Source of the DNA: Tricharina praecox
Taxonomy: Eukaryota
Assembly (NCBI RefSeq): GCF_024521635.1
Contig: NW_026250415.1
Location: 744,001-808,000, forward strand
Direction of reading: 5' to 3'
DNA: 64,000 nucleotides
The notes under the pieces: generated by a model
The model's input: only the letters and a program-made list of their open reading frames with translations
What the model was told of the DNA's origin: nothing
Databases searched by the model: none
Translations under genes and position numbers: made by a program
Shown: positions 24,498 to 37,052 of the stretch, in pieces
How the letters are laid out: the number at the start of each line of letters is the position of its first letter
Position numbering within the stretch: the first letter of the stretch is position 1

Positions 24498-26747
24498 ATT
24501 AAGTATGAGATGTCACTCGAACTGGTGATGGATTGTGGAGGTAATAAAAGTGGGCACATGATGCTAGTATATAAGTTTTTAATAAAAAAAACAATCTACA
24601 TACGTTTAAAAGGGTTGGAGAAATGAAGAGGTTCAGTATTGGATAAATGAAGCATATCATCTCACGCTGAATAGCACAGGCAGAGCCGGCAAACTTCACA
24701 TATGAGTGTGCAAGCAGTCGTTAGTTATAGTCTAGCAAGGCGGTAAGCGTCAATAAATCGATGTTCTCTCTCCTGAGTCCTGAGTATACAAGTAGGTATT
24801 CCAAGCTACCAGCAGACGAATCCACAACTTGCACTCGCTCATGAATCATGAATGATCCTCGCTATGTACATCTCTACTGCCTAGTACATAAGATATCACC
24901 CAGCACTGCATGAATGAATGGGCGCTGCGGAACTCGAGATCGGAGAACTTATTCAACCCGGTCTGAGTCATGAATTCGCACGCAACCATCGTCCCGGTGG
25001 CAGCTGCGAACCCTTCTGAACATCAATCGTCACTGGGTATCCCCCAGTCCACCGCTTTTTCTTGATCCCTCCGATCCTCGATCCTCGTCCAAACCCCCCC
25101 TCAATGCTCATTCCTCCACGGACGAGCACATTGTCGCAGTTTCAGGGCACATATGTTTCCTACTCCGGGACCAGGTCAAGATATCTACCGACATCCCTAC
25201 CGGCCTCAACGCCACACGCCACACGCCACACGCCGCGGCCGCACGCCGCACGACACGCCACATGCCTGCAGACTTAGGTAGATGTTTCCTCGCGAACAAC
25301 AACCAGGAGAATCAGCAAGATCATGAATGTTTCATGCAGACCGGAAGTCACCAGTACTTGAAATATCGCGCCGGTGAGGGCCGTAAGGGTTTTGTTGACG
25401 GGTTGATGGCCGGTGAGGACAGCAGCCAGGTCAATCCCCGCCGCGGACGGGCGGGCAGGACATCGTCCTATGCACTTATGTAGTTACCGATACCGGTGCC
25501 GGGGGTCTCTGTAGCTCTAAACAGAGCCAAGGGCCATGGGGGAGGTCCGCACAAGCACCGAGGCCGAGTGGGTACTGAGCTCCGAAGGAATTGCGGGAGT
25601 GCCCCCCCCCCCCCCCCAACGCCGAGTGACCGGCTGAACCCGGACCCGGCGCGGATGAAGGCCTCGCACCGCAGAATAAAGCGGAACTTGGACGGTACAT
25701 ATAACATTGTTAGACGACAAATAACGGATGGGACGGGGCGGGGTGGGGGGCGAAAGATTGTGGTAGGTAAGTAGTGCTGTGTAGGTAGCATTTACTGGAC
25801 GGAATGGTTGTGATATACCTACTATTGTAGCAGCATCATACGACAGACCAACTACTTGCGCTCGACATCCTGAATCCTGAATCCTGGTGAAACTTACATA
25901 CCAATATCAATCCAGTGGGAAACGATGCTTTTTACCCCCTATGAACTCGAACTCCACAGTAAGTTTGTGTTTTTGGCCTGGACGCATAAAAATATTAGAG
26001 GTGTTGGACAGTTGGAGCTGGCGGAAGTTCATTCATTCATTCAATGCTCGGCATAAAATCAAGTACGGGGAGAGTGTTCCCCTCTCTGAAGGTTCTGGCT
26101 GTCCGCATCATTCTGGTATGTACTACCTACTTGAATGCTGGAGTAGCTAGTACGTTCTCCGGACTCGCGAAGCCGCTGATAGGTAACCAAGTACTCGGTG
26201 GTGACAAGAATTGTAATTAAGACGGCCTAAAACTCCTGCAGAATGTTACTGTTTACCGGGTTATCAACATCTACTTGCAGTTTACTACTCCTACATATGA
26301 TACAATTCCCTCCTCCCTCCAGCTCTCCTTCTCTTCCCCAGGAAACAGACGAGCAAAAGCTGAAACATATCAGGCCCCCATGTCCCATGTCCCGTGCATT
26401 GTCTCGACTCCCGCCGCTCACCACTACCCACCGCCCACCGCCCACCGCCCCCATTCACCATCCACCATCCACATTCCACACCCCCAAACCCGCCCCTCCC
26501 CACGATCTGTTCATGGGCATGGGCACTGCATGGGCGCTGGTAGGGCTGAGGGCTGAGGGCTGAGGAAAGGAGAAGGAGGAGGGAAGGGGCGACGTAATCG
26601 GTGGCGTTTGATCGCCCACATCTCATCCACATCTCATCCACATGTCGTCCATATCTCAGTGCGTGCGTGGCGGTGGGCTGGTCTATAAGTCTATAGGCAC
26701 ATACATACATAAATACATAGTATATAGTAGCCTGGCGCGCGTTCCAT

Positions 26748-26775
26748 ACCCCCCCCCCCCCCCCCCCCCCCCCCA
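26748..26775. repeat. Poly-C tract
   Basis: About 27 consecutive C. Confidence 0.9.
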
Positions 26776-27359
26776 CCCCAACTCCTCTATGTACAGTACC
26801 TAGAGTATGTAGTGTACCAGGTATAGTTATCAATTCCGCAAACCCGTACTCTACATATATAGGCCGTGGGTTTAGCGATCCTCTTGTTCTTGTTTCGCCG
26901 AAGGCCGTAGCAGATCACCCCTGGAATTTCCGGGCTTCGTCATCTATGTACCTATCGCCCACAGAGGATCATCCATTGAAGGCAACGTACGACACCCCGA
27001 GGGCGCCAAAGTGTGGGATAGCTATCACATAAATACATATTTACCGCCGACGTGACGACGTCCGGAATCCGGATGCATGCCGGTGAGATCTGTCAGATCT
27101 GGCCTTGGAGTGGAGTGGAGTGGAGTGGAGTGGAGTGGGCCCGATGGCATGTCGGCATGGGCTTGTTATGTAGGTATGTAGGGCCGCGTGTACTGTATGC
27201 GAGTGACTATCAGATGCAGCGCTACTGGTACTTGCGGTGCTGTGTGTATGTAGATATGGAGGTGGAGGTGGAGGTGGAAACGGAAAAATGAAGTATCTAG
27301 AGTATGGACTCTGGAGTACGTTCTCCTGAACTACAAGATACCTACTCTAGGTAGGGGGG

Positions 27360-27900
27360 TCAACCGCCCAAAATCGCAGCCGCATCCGCCGCCACATCAG
27401 CCCTGAGCCGGGTGCCGGGCGGGTCGGGGTCTTTCGGATTATCTATGTAGCGAGTCCATACAGCACACTTTTCGAACGCCGCAGTCAAAAACACAGCCGT
27501 GGAATCTGTGGATGGCGTATGTAGAGTACCCACCGGAAACGTAATTGGTGGCGTACCCCTCTCCTCCCCTCTGACGATAGTTATCCCCCATCTGTTGTCG
27601 AGGCGTGAAGACAATGCTTCCCCGAGACATTCATAAACATCCATAAGCGTTGTGTTGAGAAAGGGGCAAAACATACAGTTCGTTATACCTACTTACACAA
27701 CGTTGACGATGATGAAAGCATATGTACGTACTTTCTGCGAGGTTACAATAGGTAGCGACTTCATGTATTTATATCACCATTCTTACCACAACGCGCGTCC
27801 ATGGTGTATCAAAAATGCTGTGTGTATGTCGGTGCAAGTTTGAGTTGGCCGATATATACTTGGGCGTGTAATGGTCCGGTTGTTGCAGATGCTAGATGGA
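27360..27900 (-). pseudogene. Possible degraded or lineage-specific gene relic
   Basis: Protein-like 104-aa ORF 27360..27674 can be extended through a weak 43-nt GT-AG intron (27689-27731) into an upstream frame interrupted by TAA (27769-27771); no family recognised. Confidence 0.2.
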
Positions 27901-29156
27901 ACGTGATATCTGACATCTGGAAGCCCGGGGTCCCTGTTGGGTTTGTTGGCCTGCTGCTAGGAGAGAACAACTGTGCGGGTGGTTGTGATGACAGTGACGG
28001 TGATGGTGGTAATAGGCACAGTACGATAATTAGATAATTAGTTGCCGTTGTTGCCGTTTCCGAGTTGAGACCAATATATCTCACTCGGGCCGAACAGGAA
28101 TGAACCACTGGGAGCATGAGCCCTTTTCGGAGAATCGAAGGGGCTAAGGGCAGGTAGAAACGACTTTCCAGGGCCGGAGAGGAAGAATAGATATGGATGG
28201 TGAACGTGCCGAGAGCGGGAAGATGAGGACTGCAGTCGGCGCTCATTGAGGTCTTGGGTCCTACGGGTCCGCACGATTGTATGTAGCACCGAAGCAACGC
28301 GAGGCGGCATTGATTGATGCATCAGGTCACCGAACACGGCCCACGACTTCCTACGCCGGATCATTGCATGCTCTCGAGCTTGTCGAAGACTCGAAGTTCT
28401 TGACTGCTAACCACGCTATTAACAACTGTTGTCCGGGAACCGTGGTGAGCATGCCGGGTTTGAACTTTGGCGGGCATCTTGAGCGGCGTCTCATGAAACT
28501 GCCATTCAGCCTTAAAGAACTCGAAAGATGGCTTGCTCCAGGCGTGGTTCCGAGAGCTTGGCTTGTCCACGTTCGGCGGTTGGCTGAGAGCTTGATCGAC
28601 GTAGGGCTGTTGGTGAGTTTTTTGGTAGGGATGACGCAACGAGGGCGGTAAAATGATGGACCGGTGCCCCCTCGAGCTCGAGCTATTCCAAGCGGTTACC
28701 GCGTTAGTCCGATATACGTAGAGCTTTCCTGTATATAGGAGGGCTTTAACTATGGCTCAACCGTGGTGGCTCTCCGCCGAACTCCTCAACTTCGGGAACA
28801 GCTATCTCGGTTCTCGAAACCACCGCTCATCGGGTTCTTGCACGTAGGCTGCTTCCCGTGGCCATCCGAGAGACTCCCAATGCCAGTACATTGGAATAAT
28901 CGGTTATGGTTAAGTGGAGTAACCGCTGTTTGTCGAGCGCCTTGATGAGATGCTTCGTTCCACAGCAATGTTTAGCGTTGTGCCCGCTTTAAAAGGTTCC
29001 TGTTTTCGGTGTAAACCTTTTTTGGGTTTTTTTGGTTTAATCATTGATCGCAAGCGACCTAGCTAAAAAATGGCAATATATTCTAGTATAAACTTTTCGG
29101 CAGACAGAAATCGGCGGAGGAAGGAGGTAGCGAGTCATTTCCGGTGAGGCGTGAGC

Positions 29157-29300
29157 ATGCATCGAATGCGGATGTTTAGGCCTACGGTCAATTGATCAAC
29201 CTATATACCGTGGCCCCTAACTATGCAACGAATGCGGATGTTAAGGCCTACCGTCAATATCGATCGCTCAATCAACCTATATACCGTGGCCTTATGCAAT
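29157..29300. repeat. Imperfect tandem duplication of about 70 bp
   Basis: cgaatgcggatgtt..aggcctac..gtcaat..atcaacctatataccgtggcc occurs twice. Confidence 0.75.
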
Positions 29301-29336
29301 TGCCATCGCCCCCCGAATCCAACGCCGACGGTTAAC

Positions 29337-29426
29337 GACAGAACTCATCTGGACAGAACTCATCTGGACAGAACTCATCTGGACAGAACTCATCTGGACA
29401 GAACTCATCTGGACAGACTCATCTCG
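29337..29426. repeat. 15-bp minisatellite (gacagaactcatctg)n, about 6 copies
   Basis: Directly visible; gives the DRTHL repeats in a spurious ORF. Confidence 0.9.
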
Positions 29427-30504
29427 ACACCGTTTAGTTACCTGCGACTATCCGGGGGGCGACAAAAGATAAGGAGCAGGGGATCTGCCAACCCCAACAG
29501 CCAAGGACTCCATTTCGTGGAGCCGAAGAAGAAGAGGAAGAAGAACAATAATAAGAAAAGCTTCTCTCTCGGTCGCCGGCTTCAATGCGAGAGAGTTACC
29601 CACGCAGTCCACGAGTCAACGAAGCTTCGCCGTCGAAGCGAGAGAGGGCGTGGTGTTTCGGTTCGGTGTGGTAACCAACTGCCTGGTTAGCAACGTCATG
29701 GCGTCCTGTGCGACATCGAAGCTAAGCAATTCTTGTCTCTCTTTCCTTTCGGTGAATAAAATCCCCGGACTGCACTGGCGACTTCTGCATCGAGGCGGTT
29801 TGCTGGAGGTCGCGGACGCGTGTGCGTCCACGCGTCTCAGGTAGACTCGTCCGATATGACCACCACACCTCGGGTTATCTTTTCTTTTTCTCTGGAATCA
29901 TACCCCAGAGGAAGTAGGCAAGTAAATGTACTTGGTAGGTACCGGTACTGTAAGTAGAGTACTCTAGAATGCGCACATGCGGAAGAGGCCTCCACCTCCG
30001 TCTCCGCGCCGGGAGCTTGCTTGCTTGCTGGACTCGCTGGCTCGTTGGCTCGCTGGCTTGCCTGTTTGCTTGTCCGCAACCGCCTTCGAGATGTGGATTG
30101 CTGTGCTCCGCTCGTATCCGACACGGCTGCGTACCGCAGTTACCGCACGAGAGCGAAGTAGGAGCACACTCGGCGTCGTAACCTAAGTAAGTGCCGCATC
30201 CATCTGGCGCTGGCTCAGGCCCCGAAACTCCGAAACATGCTAATTTAGATCTGCCACAAAGGATTCAGGATGCCCCCGTATCGACTTCGACGGCTAGGGA
30301 GGGCTGCACTGCTGCAGGCATAGAGTACGTGCGTAGGAGGCGTCGGCATCCACTCGACCTGGGCGTTAGATACTAGTATTGTTAGCGCAACGCCCGCTCT
30401 CCATCTTTTCTTTTTTTCTTCTTTTTTCTTACTCTGCGTCCGAATTGTCTGTAGAAAACGGATGGATTGGGATGGTGGGGATCCGCTGCCCTGGTTTGTG
30501 CGAG

Positions 30505-30601
30505 TTCAAGATGTACCTGTCCGTTCCTCCAATTCGGATCCGTGTGATTTGTATGTACGAGATGCTCCTGTCCGTTCCTTCAATTCGATCCGTGTGATTT
30601 G
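30505..30601. repeat. Imperfect tandem duplication of about 50 bp
   Basis: agatg..cctgtccgttcct.caattcg.atccgtgtgatttg occurs twice. Confidence 0.8.
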
Positions 30602-31359
30602 CGTCTTCGACTTGCCAGGATGCCGTCGACCGGACTCCTTGCCCGGTGTGGAGGGTTGGGTTGGGTTGGGGGGAGGAGTATGAAGTATGTGGTATGTACG
30701 AAGTGTGTGTGCCACCCCCACCAACAGGAAGCCGCGCCGTTTTGGTTCCGGTCGGGGAACACCAGGGCCAGGCGCAGAGCGAGTGGAGTGCTCGACGAGA
30801 GAGACCGCGCGTGTGCGTGTGTGTTACGGAACCGGCATCTCACCGTTGGCTCTTCACCGTTGGCTCTTCCATTTTCCCTCTTCACTCGTCGCTCTGACGC
30901 CTGTCGTTCGTCGTCGTTCCGCTTCATATATCTATCAGGTCTATGCCGGCGTAGTTACTCCTTCGTCTGAGGATTCGTGCTCACTTCCCTTCATCCTTCT
31001 CGCTTACGTCACTACGTTCTTCGCACGGTTCGGCGCTTCGCTATATATATTCGCATGATAGTCGGACGGGAAACGAATCGACGTCACTTCACTTCAACTT
31101 CAACTGCAACTGCAACTTCGATCGAGCAAGGAATTGCACATCGACCGACCAGCCAGCTAGTCTTTTAGTCTGCCGACACCATTTCCAGCAAGCAGATCAA
31201 CTAGTTTCAGTCGCAGGTCGGCTCACGCTTCATTCGTGCGAACAACAGCAACAGCAAACGCCCTTCAACCCGCGCTTGCCATCGCCACCGTAATATTTCC
31301 TGCTGCTTGCGAGCGGCATTCGGCGGCCGAGACGACACCCCAACCCACAATCACCACTC

Positions 31360-32983
31360 ATGACGACAGGAGCAATGGAGCGTTTTTTTAAGGAAGGACA
31401 TGGGTCCATTCCTTCGGCGCGGTTGGTGACGAGGCGGGCGTTTCTGAGGACTCTGTTTTTGATGGCGGCATTCCTGCTGGTTTACCACGTCATGTCCAGC
31501 GTTGAGCTGCGCAGTTCCTTCGCCAACGTTCGGGACTCGGTGGCGCCGGTGTTGCAGTCGACTCCTACTACCGCTGCTGCTGGTGGTGAGCAGGCGTTCA
31601 GTAACGCAGGACACAAGGGAGAATTTACGCAGCAGCAGCCACCGCAGATGGGTGGTGGGCCTAAGGTCACGCTGGGAAAAGAGAAGGCTACACTGCTTAT
31701 GCTCGTTCGGTATGTTTACATCTCGCCCCGTATAGTGCTGGGAATGGGAGAGCGGATTCTGACGGTGGCACAGGAATCGCGAATTATTTCAGGCCCTCGG
31801 TATGTCGTTCGTATGGTCGCCCGCGCCTCCCCCTCCAGTATCTGACTGTTCTCTCAGGTTCCATGCGCATGATCGAAGATCGTTTCAACAAGAATTATCA
31901 CTATCCCTGGACCTTCATGAACAACCGTCCTTTCACCGCTGATGTATGTCCGCACGGCGTGCTGTGGGGTCGAGATGGGTGCTGACCTGTGACTCAATAG
32001 TTTATCAAATACGCCACCGGTATGGCCAGCGGCCCGGTCGAATTCATCCAGATCCCTAGGGATCACTGGAGCGTCCCGGACAGCATCAACAGGACTATTA
32101 TGGACGATGGAATGCGCAAGCTGAGGAACGAGGGTGTCATCTACGGTGGCTCGAGCAGCTACAGACACATGTGTCGGTTCAATTCGGGATTCTTCTTCCG
32201 TGAGAAGGCGCTGGAGAAGTACGAGTGGTACTGGCGTGTCGGTATGTTACCTCCACTTTGCGTCGGCGAGGAAGGCAGCAATGTTGACGTGCGCACGCAG
32301 AGCCGGATGTCGAGTTCCACTGCGACCTGAACTACGACCCCTTCACGTTCATGCGCGAGAACAAGAAGGTTTACGGCTGGGTGATCAGCATGTACGAATT
32401 CGAGTCTACGATCCCCACGCTCTGGAAGCACACCAAAGCATTCATCAAGAAGTTTCCCAGCTTTCTAGCGCAAGACAATTCTCTCAACTGGTTGGTCGAC
32501 GGCGCCAACGTGACGAAGGCTTTTGACAACAAGGAGATCGAGGGCGACTACAACATGTGTCATTTCTGGTCTAATTTCGAGATTGCGAGTCTCGACTTTT
32601 TCAGGAGTCCCGCATACCAGAGCTATTTCGATTACCTCGACTCCCAGGGTGGTTTCTTTTACGAGCGTTGGGGCGATGCTCCCGTTCACTCGTTGGCCGT
32701 TAGCTTGATGTTGCCGCGCGAGAAGATCCACCACTTTGCAGATATTGGTACTTCCCCTTCTCCCTATAGCGGGTGATCATCATTCTGACATTGTATCACA
32801 GGATATCTCCACGCCCCCGCTGGCCGCTGTCCCGCAGACGACGAGAGCCATTCCAGCGGCCGCTGCTACTGCGACCGGTCAACCAGCTTCGACCACAACC
32901 AGTACTCGTGCACGCCACGATGGTTCAAGCTCAATGGCGTAACCACGGGCGCCCTGATGCCGATCGAGCCCAATACGATCTGA
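31360..32983 (+). CDS. Kre2/Ktr-family alpha-1,2-mannosyltransferase (GT15); exons 31360-31709, 31774-31799, 31858-31943, 32001-32241, 32301-32747, 32802-32983
   Basis: Type II N-terminal TM; ATLLMLVRN, IEDRFN, SYRHMCRFNSGFFF, YWRVEPDV, YNMCHFWSNFEI and GFFYERWGDAPVHS motifs; start could be 31375. Confidence 0.92.
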
Positions 32984-34565
32984 GCCCAGGGCACTGGGCA
33001 CTGGGTATGTGTTGTAGGTATGTGGGTTTACTTTTAGTATCTAGACGGGAACGGCGTTCGATATGGTGTTTTACTCTCTCTCGCTCTTTGCGGATTTGAT
33101 TGCTTTTTTTCTTGTTTCTTTTGCCCTTTGACGGCGATAGCTGGTGTACATACTACATACTTATTTGGCTCCTGCGTTTTTCTTCTTCTCTTGGTGGTCT
33201 CTCTCTCTCTCGGTGGTTGGTTGTGTATATAGATATTGCTCATGGGAAGAACGTGGTCGGACTGTATTTGTGCCTCCCATCACTTGTGACCAGTGAAACT
33301 CGTGACAACACCCTTGAACTCTTCCCCGGCCTAGCAGGATTACACAACCATACACGACAATACCACAGTACCGTGAGGCGGGGAAGACGAAGTCCGGACA
33401 AGCTCAATGATTGGTGCTCATGAAACGAGGGTGAATCCTCACAGACTCCGGGGTGATAAGGAATCCCATAATACATTGGCTAGGCTCACTACAAAGTTGA
33501 AAGCACCCACTTGCTCGTCTTAGACGTGGAGTCATTCAGGCCGTCCATTCTGGACGGCGGGGTATGGGGGGTTTTAAGGCTCCGAGTACCTATTCTAACT
33601 TCTAAGACTCCGAGTATTACTGGTATTCCAAGGCTCCGAGTGGTTGCCTATTCCAAGACTGGTGTGCGTTCTACAGAGTTTATGGCTCACGAGTCATTAG
33701 CCATGCATACCCGGTGCCCATCATTCGTGACTGGTGCTTGTGGCTTGTAGCTTGTACTCTTGTAGATACTAGTAAACGGCAGTCACTACTCGCAACATGC
33801 ATACTACTCGAGCTGCGAGCACATACAGTACTACATACTCGCAGCCTCCATTCAGGCTGGGTAAGTAACAAATCGTACCGGCACCCACGGCCACCCCCGC
33901 CCCCATTCAGGCCTTCAGGCAGCCGTAGCCCATTCAACCCCCCCACGCATAACTCGGGGTTTGAGGTAGAAGCCGGCGGCCAGCAGGAAAGTTGGCCCTG
34001 AAGAGTCTGTGCGTGCGGTAGTTGCTAGAGTGTTGATATAGAGTTATAGAGTACCTACACGGGGATCTGTCTCGCACAAAGTGATGGCAGCCCGGCTGCA
34101 TCGAGTGATCAAGCTTGTAGAGCAAAGACTCGGGGGCTCGGTGGCTCGGGGCTCGGGACTCGGGGGCTAGTTTCCGGCAGTAGCACTGCTGCCACCGGGT
34201 TCTCACTGTCGGTACTGGGCTGGGCCTACTGCTGTTGCTGTTGCCGTTGCTGGCAACCGGTTCCACGAACACCAGGGACCGAGTGACATGGTAATCTCGG
34301 GAATCTCGGGAATCTCGGGTGGGACAGGGAATTCACTGCTGGCCGCTGGCGCTCTCGGGGAATCGCCGGGTGGGATTCGGGGAGACAGCATATGTACTCG
34401 CCGTCGGTGCTGCAGGGGTGCTGCGGGTAGATGGGCACGCCGCACTCCACTGGCCGTGGAGCTATATACCGACAAAGACCCTCTACCAGTATCCACGTCC
34501 ATTTAGATGTATCGTACACTCCCTCAGCCCTTCCCATGCTCCTCCTCCCCCCCCCTTCTCCCTCC

Positions 34566-35245
34566 TCACAGTCCAAAAACCTCCACCCCCCCCCTCGCCC
34601 TAGCCCTCCTATAAACCGCGCCCCTCCTAACCACCTCCTCATCCTCGCGCACCCTACGCACCCTATCGAGCGGCCAGACGATATGCGTGACCCTACTGGT
34701 GATCAGCGCGATCGGGACGGGGCCGTACGTGTTGCTATCAACCGAGTGGAACATCTCGTCGCCCTCCATCCACGCCTGGCCCTTCGGCACGACTACTAGG
34801 TCCTTGTGGTACCCGGCGGCACCTCCGGCGCCCCCCACGCTTCCCGCGCTCCTCGCGCGCCGCGTCCGCACTACGTCCCCCTCCAGCGCTACGATCCGCT
34901 TTATCACTTGTCGCTCGGGGTCGATCGGTGATCTGTGATGTATATGTCCGTGTCAGTGCCAGTCGGGCGGGGGTGACGGTAGGAAGGAGGGGCGTACCGA
35001 TAAAGCACGACCATCCCGCGCCTCAGGCCCTCCGTACATCTCCAGTGGGAGGCGAGTATCCAGTCCTTTCTCGTAGGGTCGGGACAGAACGTGGGCGACA
35101 TTGACAAGCCCGAGACCTTTTCGAGGGAGGCGACGTTGTCGACGAAGAGGACGTAGGCGGGCAGCCAGGGGACGAGGCTGGCCAGGCCGAGGCCGAGCGA
35201 ACGCGCGACGCCGCGGAGTGCTGGTGCTGCTGCTGCTGCTGGCAT
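34566..35245 (-). CDS. IMP2: Mitochondrial inner membrane peptidase subunit 2 (S26); exons 35245-34998, 34932-34566
   Basis: GLSMSPTF (catalytic Ser), RSPIDP..IKRIVALEGD (catalytic Lys), EGDE..HSVDSNTYGPV, HIVWP. Confidence 0.88.
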
Positions 35246-35607
35246 GGTGGTGTGGTCGCGGCTTTTGCGGCGTGCGAGGGACGCACATAGCTGCGTGGGT
35301 TAGGGGCGTGCGGGAGTTGCCGTGGGGGAATGACGTCGTTAGTCAGGCACGAGGGTCGGCACATGTTTGGGAAGCAAGACTTGGAAATGCGAGATCTACA
35401 GCAAGCACGCTGCAAGGCATCCCACATACGAGACATTCCAGAATTCTGGAGAAACATGGCATTCATGATCATCATCTCAAGACTGTACTAGCCGACACCT
35501 AACCATCACGTAGGTACCAAAGACAATAGACAACCCCTCTACAAAAAAGAAATCCATTCCTTTCACCATTTTCAATACCAACAAGCTCCCCTTTTTGGTG
35601 AGCACTC

Positions 35608-36747
35608 TCACAACTTAACACACTCCCCATCGGCAGAGTCGGGAGTCTTGGCACCCTCCGAAGAGGTTTGCACTTCCTTGGTTTTGACTTCCGTAGGTTC
35701 TTCCGTGGCCGTGGCTTTGGACTCGGTAGCCTTGGAGTCGTCGGCAGGCTTGGCCGCAGTAACCCTGGACTTGTTCTTGTAAATAGGTTCTGAATCTTCG
35801 ATCGCCTTGGTCTTGTCCGTATCGATCTCCGCGGCCTTTTCGATGTTATCCGGTGCAGCCGTCTCTCCATGTTCGACCGCCGCAGTGGGGACATCGGGCT
35901 GCGTGTTATCCCCTTCTCTCATCGTGGTGTCGACAGGCTGAGAATCGCCAACATCCCTCATCGAAGCATCAACGGCCTGCGATTCCTCCGCTGGAGGAGG
36001 AAAGTACAAACTGCCACACTATTAGCAAGCAAGCACGAACCACAACTCCAATTGCCGTAACTCACGAAGCAAGTTCGTTGTAAGCATTCTCATCCTTCTT
36101 CTCAAAGTTACAGAAAACGACCAAATCTAGCTTGGCTCCATCATCTGTCTCCATAAACTTTCTGACGGTGTCCAGAGCTACCCGTGCGGCGGGGTAGGAT
36201 GGATAACCGTAGACACCGGTGGAAAGTGCCGAGAAGGCTATGGCATTGAGACCGTTTTTGACGGCCAGGTCCAGAGAGGTTTGGTAGCAGGATCTCTGCG
36301 TTTGTGTCAGTTGTAGGAACGAGTGAGCGCTGTGAGAGAGTTTGCGTCACGACATACCAACAACTCATGAGGCTTCTCCGCCATACTGTAGATCGGGCCT
36401 ACAGAGTGAATGACCTTCTTGCATGGGAGCCTGTATGCATCTGTGATCTTCGACTGCCCCGTTCTGGCGCCGCTGAGGGTTCTGCATTCAGCTAGCAGCC
36501 CCGGGCCAGCAGCCCGATGTATGGCGCCGTCGACTCCACTGCCGCCTAGAAGTCGCTGGTTGGCAGCATTGACGATGGCTCCATTTTCCAGCTCGATGCC
36601 GGTGATGTCGGTGCGTATGATGCCGATTTTGGCGTTGATGGCGCTCGAGGCGGCGTACAGTGCCAGCGACTGGTCGACTATCGAAAGCTTGTTTGCCTTG
36701 TAGAGGAGGGGCAGCGTCGGGATTTGGGACTGGAGGACGCGGACCAT
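35608..36747 (-). CDS. MacroD-type macro domain protein (ADP-ribose/O-acetyl-ADP-ribose hydrolase) with acidic C-terminal tail; exons 36747-36358, 36295-36066, 36010-35608
   Basis: [42 protein letters not shown] and YFPP motifs; frame conserved across two canonical introns. Confidence 0.9.
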
Positions 36748-36786
36748 GTTGGGTGGTATTTTATTGTGGAGGGAGCTATGGAGTGG

Positions 36787-36836
36787 GTGGAGCTCTAGGA
36801 TGTGGAGCTCTAGGATGTGGAGCTCTAGGATGTGGA
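36787..36836. repeat. 15-bp tandem repeat (gtggagctctaggat) x3 in the MacroD/PMS1 intergenic region
   Basis: Directly visible. Confidence 0.85.
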
Positions 36837-37052
36837 TGATTCGTTTATTGCGTTGTTTGTATCAGTAGAGCGGGGAGTCAGTTGGTTAACCTTATGTGGA
36901 GCTCAGCTTTGTTTCAGGTTCGGAGCAGGGCACCGCATGGAGCTCAATCGGGGTTAGCGTGCTTTGCTCAGCTCCGTCAAAAGTTGTCACCAAGCAATCC
37001 ATCGCGTCGACCCTGCCAGGTACTTTACACGTAGCCCAGAGCAATCAAAATA

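Noticed and set aside
29337-29426. Regular repeat array considered as CRISPR-like
   Set aside because: Head-to-tail 15-mers without spacers, in a eukaryotic context.
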